From: Priapulus caudatus
Lineage: Eukaryota
Assembly (NCBI RefSeq): GCF_000485595.1
Contig: NW_014577068.1
Coordinates: 904,216 to 968,215, forward strand
Direction of reading: 5' to 3'
Length of the DNA stretch: 64,000 nucleotides
In this document: positions 60,501 to 64,000 of the stretch, piece by piece
Numbering within the stretch: the stretch's first letter is position 1
Layout of the letters: every line of letters begins with the position of its first letter
The notes under the pieces: generated by a model
Seen by the model: the letters and a program-made list of their open reading frames with translations, nothing else
What the model was told of the DNA's origin: nothing
Database searches by the model: none
Program-made: the position numbers and the translations under genes

Positions 60501-60958
60501 TATTGGTAAGGTAGTAATTCCGTATGCCGCTATTACATACACGTGGTCATTATTCAAAATGGTCTAGATTTTGAAGCAAAATAAAAAAATAAGCTTAGCT
60601 AATAATCGTAAATAACCCTAACGTGATTTTTTTGGTCCGTGAAAGCCTTGTCTCATACCGACCCTTACCAAACTATGGACGTCGATCAAGAGCCTCCCGC
60701 GGACTGCAACGACTTGATGGGATGTACTACTATATATATATATTCACGCGGCTACTATGTTTATTAGTTATAACTACAGGCTAGTTCCTACTACGCGGAG
60801 ATTACGCTTGTTGACATGTTGGTATTATAGTCAGTCATGCGGCTGCACTGTGTTGTTACAGAACGCCATCTCCGGCCCGAGAATCCTTTAAAAAGGGGTA
60901 CATTTAGCAGGTTTATCCGGAGAAATACAGAAAAGGGGGTATTTTTTTNNNNNNNNNN

Positions 60959-63900
60959 TTGCTTGATTTTGCCTGCGCTTTGCATACCAACAATTAATGC
61001 AGAATGATTCAAGCACTTTCCTTCTTTTTCAGATATCAAAGCTAGTTTTGTTGCCATGTAAAATTTTGATTTCCTTGAAGTCCTGTCAATGAATTAGAAG
61101 AAAAAGAAAACAAATAAAGAATATAGCCAAATTCCATCAAATTGTTTTCTGTATTTTTTAGCGCAAAATTTCGAAGGGCACTTTGAAATCTAGACCGTAT
61201 TTTCCAATACGGCAAATACGGTCTGAATCCGCCCCTGGTACGTGCACACGCGAAGACTGTACATAGCATTACAACGACATAGATGCATGAGTATGTGTAC
61301 TGTATGGTTGAAATACAAAATATTTTGTCACAAATGACCTGACCCGGAAGAATTCGTGGCTAAGTTCGCGCATGGTTCCATTGGGACTAGAATTCTTCTT
61401 CGATATAGCTGGAATTAGACTTGTGAATTTCGACTTAGACGAAGATTTATCAAAGTAAAAACATAAGGAAAGATCGGGACTTTTGTGGAGCTTCTACTTC
61501 GCCGATTTTTCGACTTGTGCGATGTCGACTTAGGCGAGGTCGACTGTACTACTAGATGGGGGCAATGTAATTTTGGATTTCCTGAAATTGTTCCGCTTCC
61601 ACACTTGAACTAATGCAAATTAAATTTATTTTTTATCAACTTAGGTGTGGAATATGCTAAGTGACTTGCAGATGGAAGCACCTGAGGAGTATCACAAGTT
61701 GCTCAAGTCGTCTATGAACGAAATTCTACCTCCTCGGGCAAATATGTGTTTTTCTACAGTAAGGTAAGATTTTCATATCAATAAGTTCTTGATTATTGTA
61801 GCAAATAATTAGTTGAATATTGTTAAATTTAATGCCATAGTGGTGATTACTCAGGATGTCAACTTTTTTCTAAGGTTAGAAATGACACAAGAGTCTTTGT
61901 CAATGTCTGCCAGTGGAATAAAGTTCCTGCACCACGTTCTAAGTGTGAAGCAATCTCAATGTTGGCTGGAACCTGGGATACAGGATTTGACCAGAAAGGT
62001 ACTTTTAAAGTTTTTAAATTCATTTATTGATTATCTTTCTTGCTCATTAAATTGAAATTTGAACGTTACCGAAACAACTTATATTTCAGGTTCGTTCAGT
62101 GTGACTGCCGTCGCTGTAAATTCTTCAGTCTTGGAAGAATGCTGCAGTAACAATGAGGAACGTCAGATGTTGATAGACCTGATTATTTCCTTCATTGAAC
62201 ATCATTCTGCTGTCAGTCTCTCACACACATACTCCTTGCTGCCAGATACCAACTTTCAGCCTGGCCTCAAAACGCTCAGCCTGGAAAAGTTCTTTGTAGT
62301 GCAGCCCCGTATTGGTGACGGATCACTGTTGACACCAAATCCCTCATCCCTCGTCAATGTCCTATCAGAGAAGAGAAATTCTGCAAAGCCTACCACCATA
62401 GCTAATTCAACATTAAGTGGCAGTGCTGATAATCACAAAAAAGAGTCAACTGCAAGTAACAGTTCTAAACCAGAACCGTCTCTAGTGGACTATTATAAAA
62501 CGCAATTAAAAGAAGTTAAAGATCATGGGTCTGATATGATGCCAAATGATAAACACTCGCCAGCACCCAGTAGTGAAATTTCGGGGCAAGATCGTGATGT
62601 AGTTATTTGCTCAACACCCACTTTATTGGATATGAACGAAGTCTCGACTAAACACAGCACGGATTTGAGTGCAAAAAAGAGTCATGTAACAACACCAAAG
62701 CATGTGGTTGAAATACTGCCACAAGAGGGAGCATGTGCGAAGAGAGTTCAGGTCACCATCACACTGCAAGGCATATTGACAGCAGCTAGTTGTCAGCTTG
62801 ATGTTACGCAGGAGGATCTGACAGTTGTAGCTGGGCAGTACAGTCTCAATTTGAAAATGCCCTTCATGGTGGATGTTGACTCTGTTTCTGCAAAATTTGA
62901 TAAGTCAACGAGTATACTCGTGGTCACATTAGACATCAAGCCATAGAAATAACCAGTATGGAATTTTTGTATGTCACCTTTACCAATAGTAAACCACTCC
63001 ACCACAGAGTCACCACAGTAGACGTGAGATGAGCGCTGTCGCTCTGCGGCACTTGTTAGTTCTTCGAATATGTATGGAATATTTCATGTCTTCTTCCAGA
63101 TGTTATACCTATTGTCCAAATATGTTATGAATGTGTTCTCTAACAGGCCAACGTGTGTCGATGTGTCTGGGCCTGTCACATCTAAATATAGTCGAGTAGA
63201 GAAATGATTAAGGATGATGCATGCTCAATTCATCTAGAATAATGTCATGCACTTATTAGATTATTGCAGAGTGATATTTCTTATCTCTCTTATAAGCAGC
63301 GTTTTGTGATGTACAGTTGAATCATAAGTCATACATGCAGTATTGGTTGCTTTTGGTGTCCTGATTATATCAACGAAAATATAATAGGTTGAATGCTAAC
63401 GTACCCCACATAGGGAAACCAAGCACTAACGTTGGTGCCCCCGCTGTCCATCATTGCATATGAATGCTCTTTATATTCATAATATTTGTAACGTTTTGCT
63501 TATATAAGGTTATACTCGTAATAATATATGTAAGATTTGCTTGCGTAATATTCCACAGGCTGCAAATTAAAGCCATACAGGAATTCAGGCAAGCAGTTTT
63601 ATCTATATAGAGTTATCTATAGTTTTATCTATATAGAGTTATCTATAGCTTTATCTATAGAGTTTGATATGAATTTCTGTCGCCGACAGACATTTGCTGT
63701 AGTTCCTCGAGAATACTAATATAGTGTCATGTCGCGATCAAGTTCGTACTGTGACTCGCTCTACTCTGTATGAATCCAAGGGTGGAACTCATCATCTATA
63801 GAATCTGTAAACCTGAGTCTACAGTAATTGAATTCCCCACGTTCACTGCCGGGCTCTAGTAGCCGTATAGTAGCCGTATATATAGTAGCCGTATAGCTAG

Positions 63901-64000
63901 TAGCTATAGTGCCGTATTGTCTATTAATGGTCATTGCGTTGAAATATAGCGAAAAAATATATATCGGGTAATAGCTATTTATTCCATAACGTTGTTTAGA
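60959..64000 (+). repeat. Direct near-identical duplicate of about 56037-59087
   Basis: Co-linear, with scattered substitutions and small indels; begins immediately after the N-gap 60949-60958. Confidence 0.95.
61645..62946 (+). CDS. PIH1D2: Second near-identical PIH1D2-like copy lacking exon 1 (haplotype artefact or partial tandem duplicate)
   Basis: Exons 61645-61758/61763, 61875-61998, 62090-62946. Two amino acid differences in the last exon (K>M, I>T) and a 1-bp deletion at the exon-2 donor. Confidence 0.7.

Larger units (their letters stand above)
59630..60580 (-). pseudogene. Class A (rhodopsin-like) GPCR pseudogene fragment, ECL2-TM7, interrupted by two MITEs
   Basis: After removing the insertions 60429-60500 and 59786-60273 plus one TSD each, the minus strand reads CFKI*TILNNDHVYVIAAYGITTLPIIVTVCYQRILATV*MKRR..., then KQNIRTTNLVIIIV, FIA*CTEPSSIVHMIF, LRKAVVPMNGLIDPIIY. 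It contains stops and frameshifts. Confidence 0.6.

Overview
Eukaryotic (metazoan, probably invertebrate) genomic DNA from a draft assembly with N-gaps and several stretches that read like unpolished long-read sequence. No prokaryotic features (operons, CRISPR, rRNA) and no recognisable tRNA. Three spliced genes could be reconstructed by hand. (1) A PACS1/PACS2-family gene on + (clear exons 25233-43504; two exons garbled by indels; N-terminal exons not cleanly present). (2) FAM50/XAP5 on - (51199-46926; one GC-AG intron; about 50 codons apparently lost in a gap). (3) A PIH1D2-like gene on + (55494-58029), with a near-identical second copy lacking exon 1 right after a gap (61645-62946). A previously unlabelled class A GPCR pseudogene fragment (TM5-TM7) appears on - at about 59630-60580 once two small transposons are removed. 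The first 20 kb is largely inverted near-duplicates that include a filled/empty site pair for a Helentron-type (HINE) element. Many MITEs have readable TIRs and TSDs (2, 3, 5, 8 and 9 bp). The most unusual pattern is that several tandem arrays are built from a copy of an exon end (splice donor or stop codon), including a 20 x 36-bp array offering in-frame alternative 5' splice sites in PACS. All calls were made by eye; no alignments or database searches were run.
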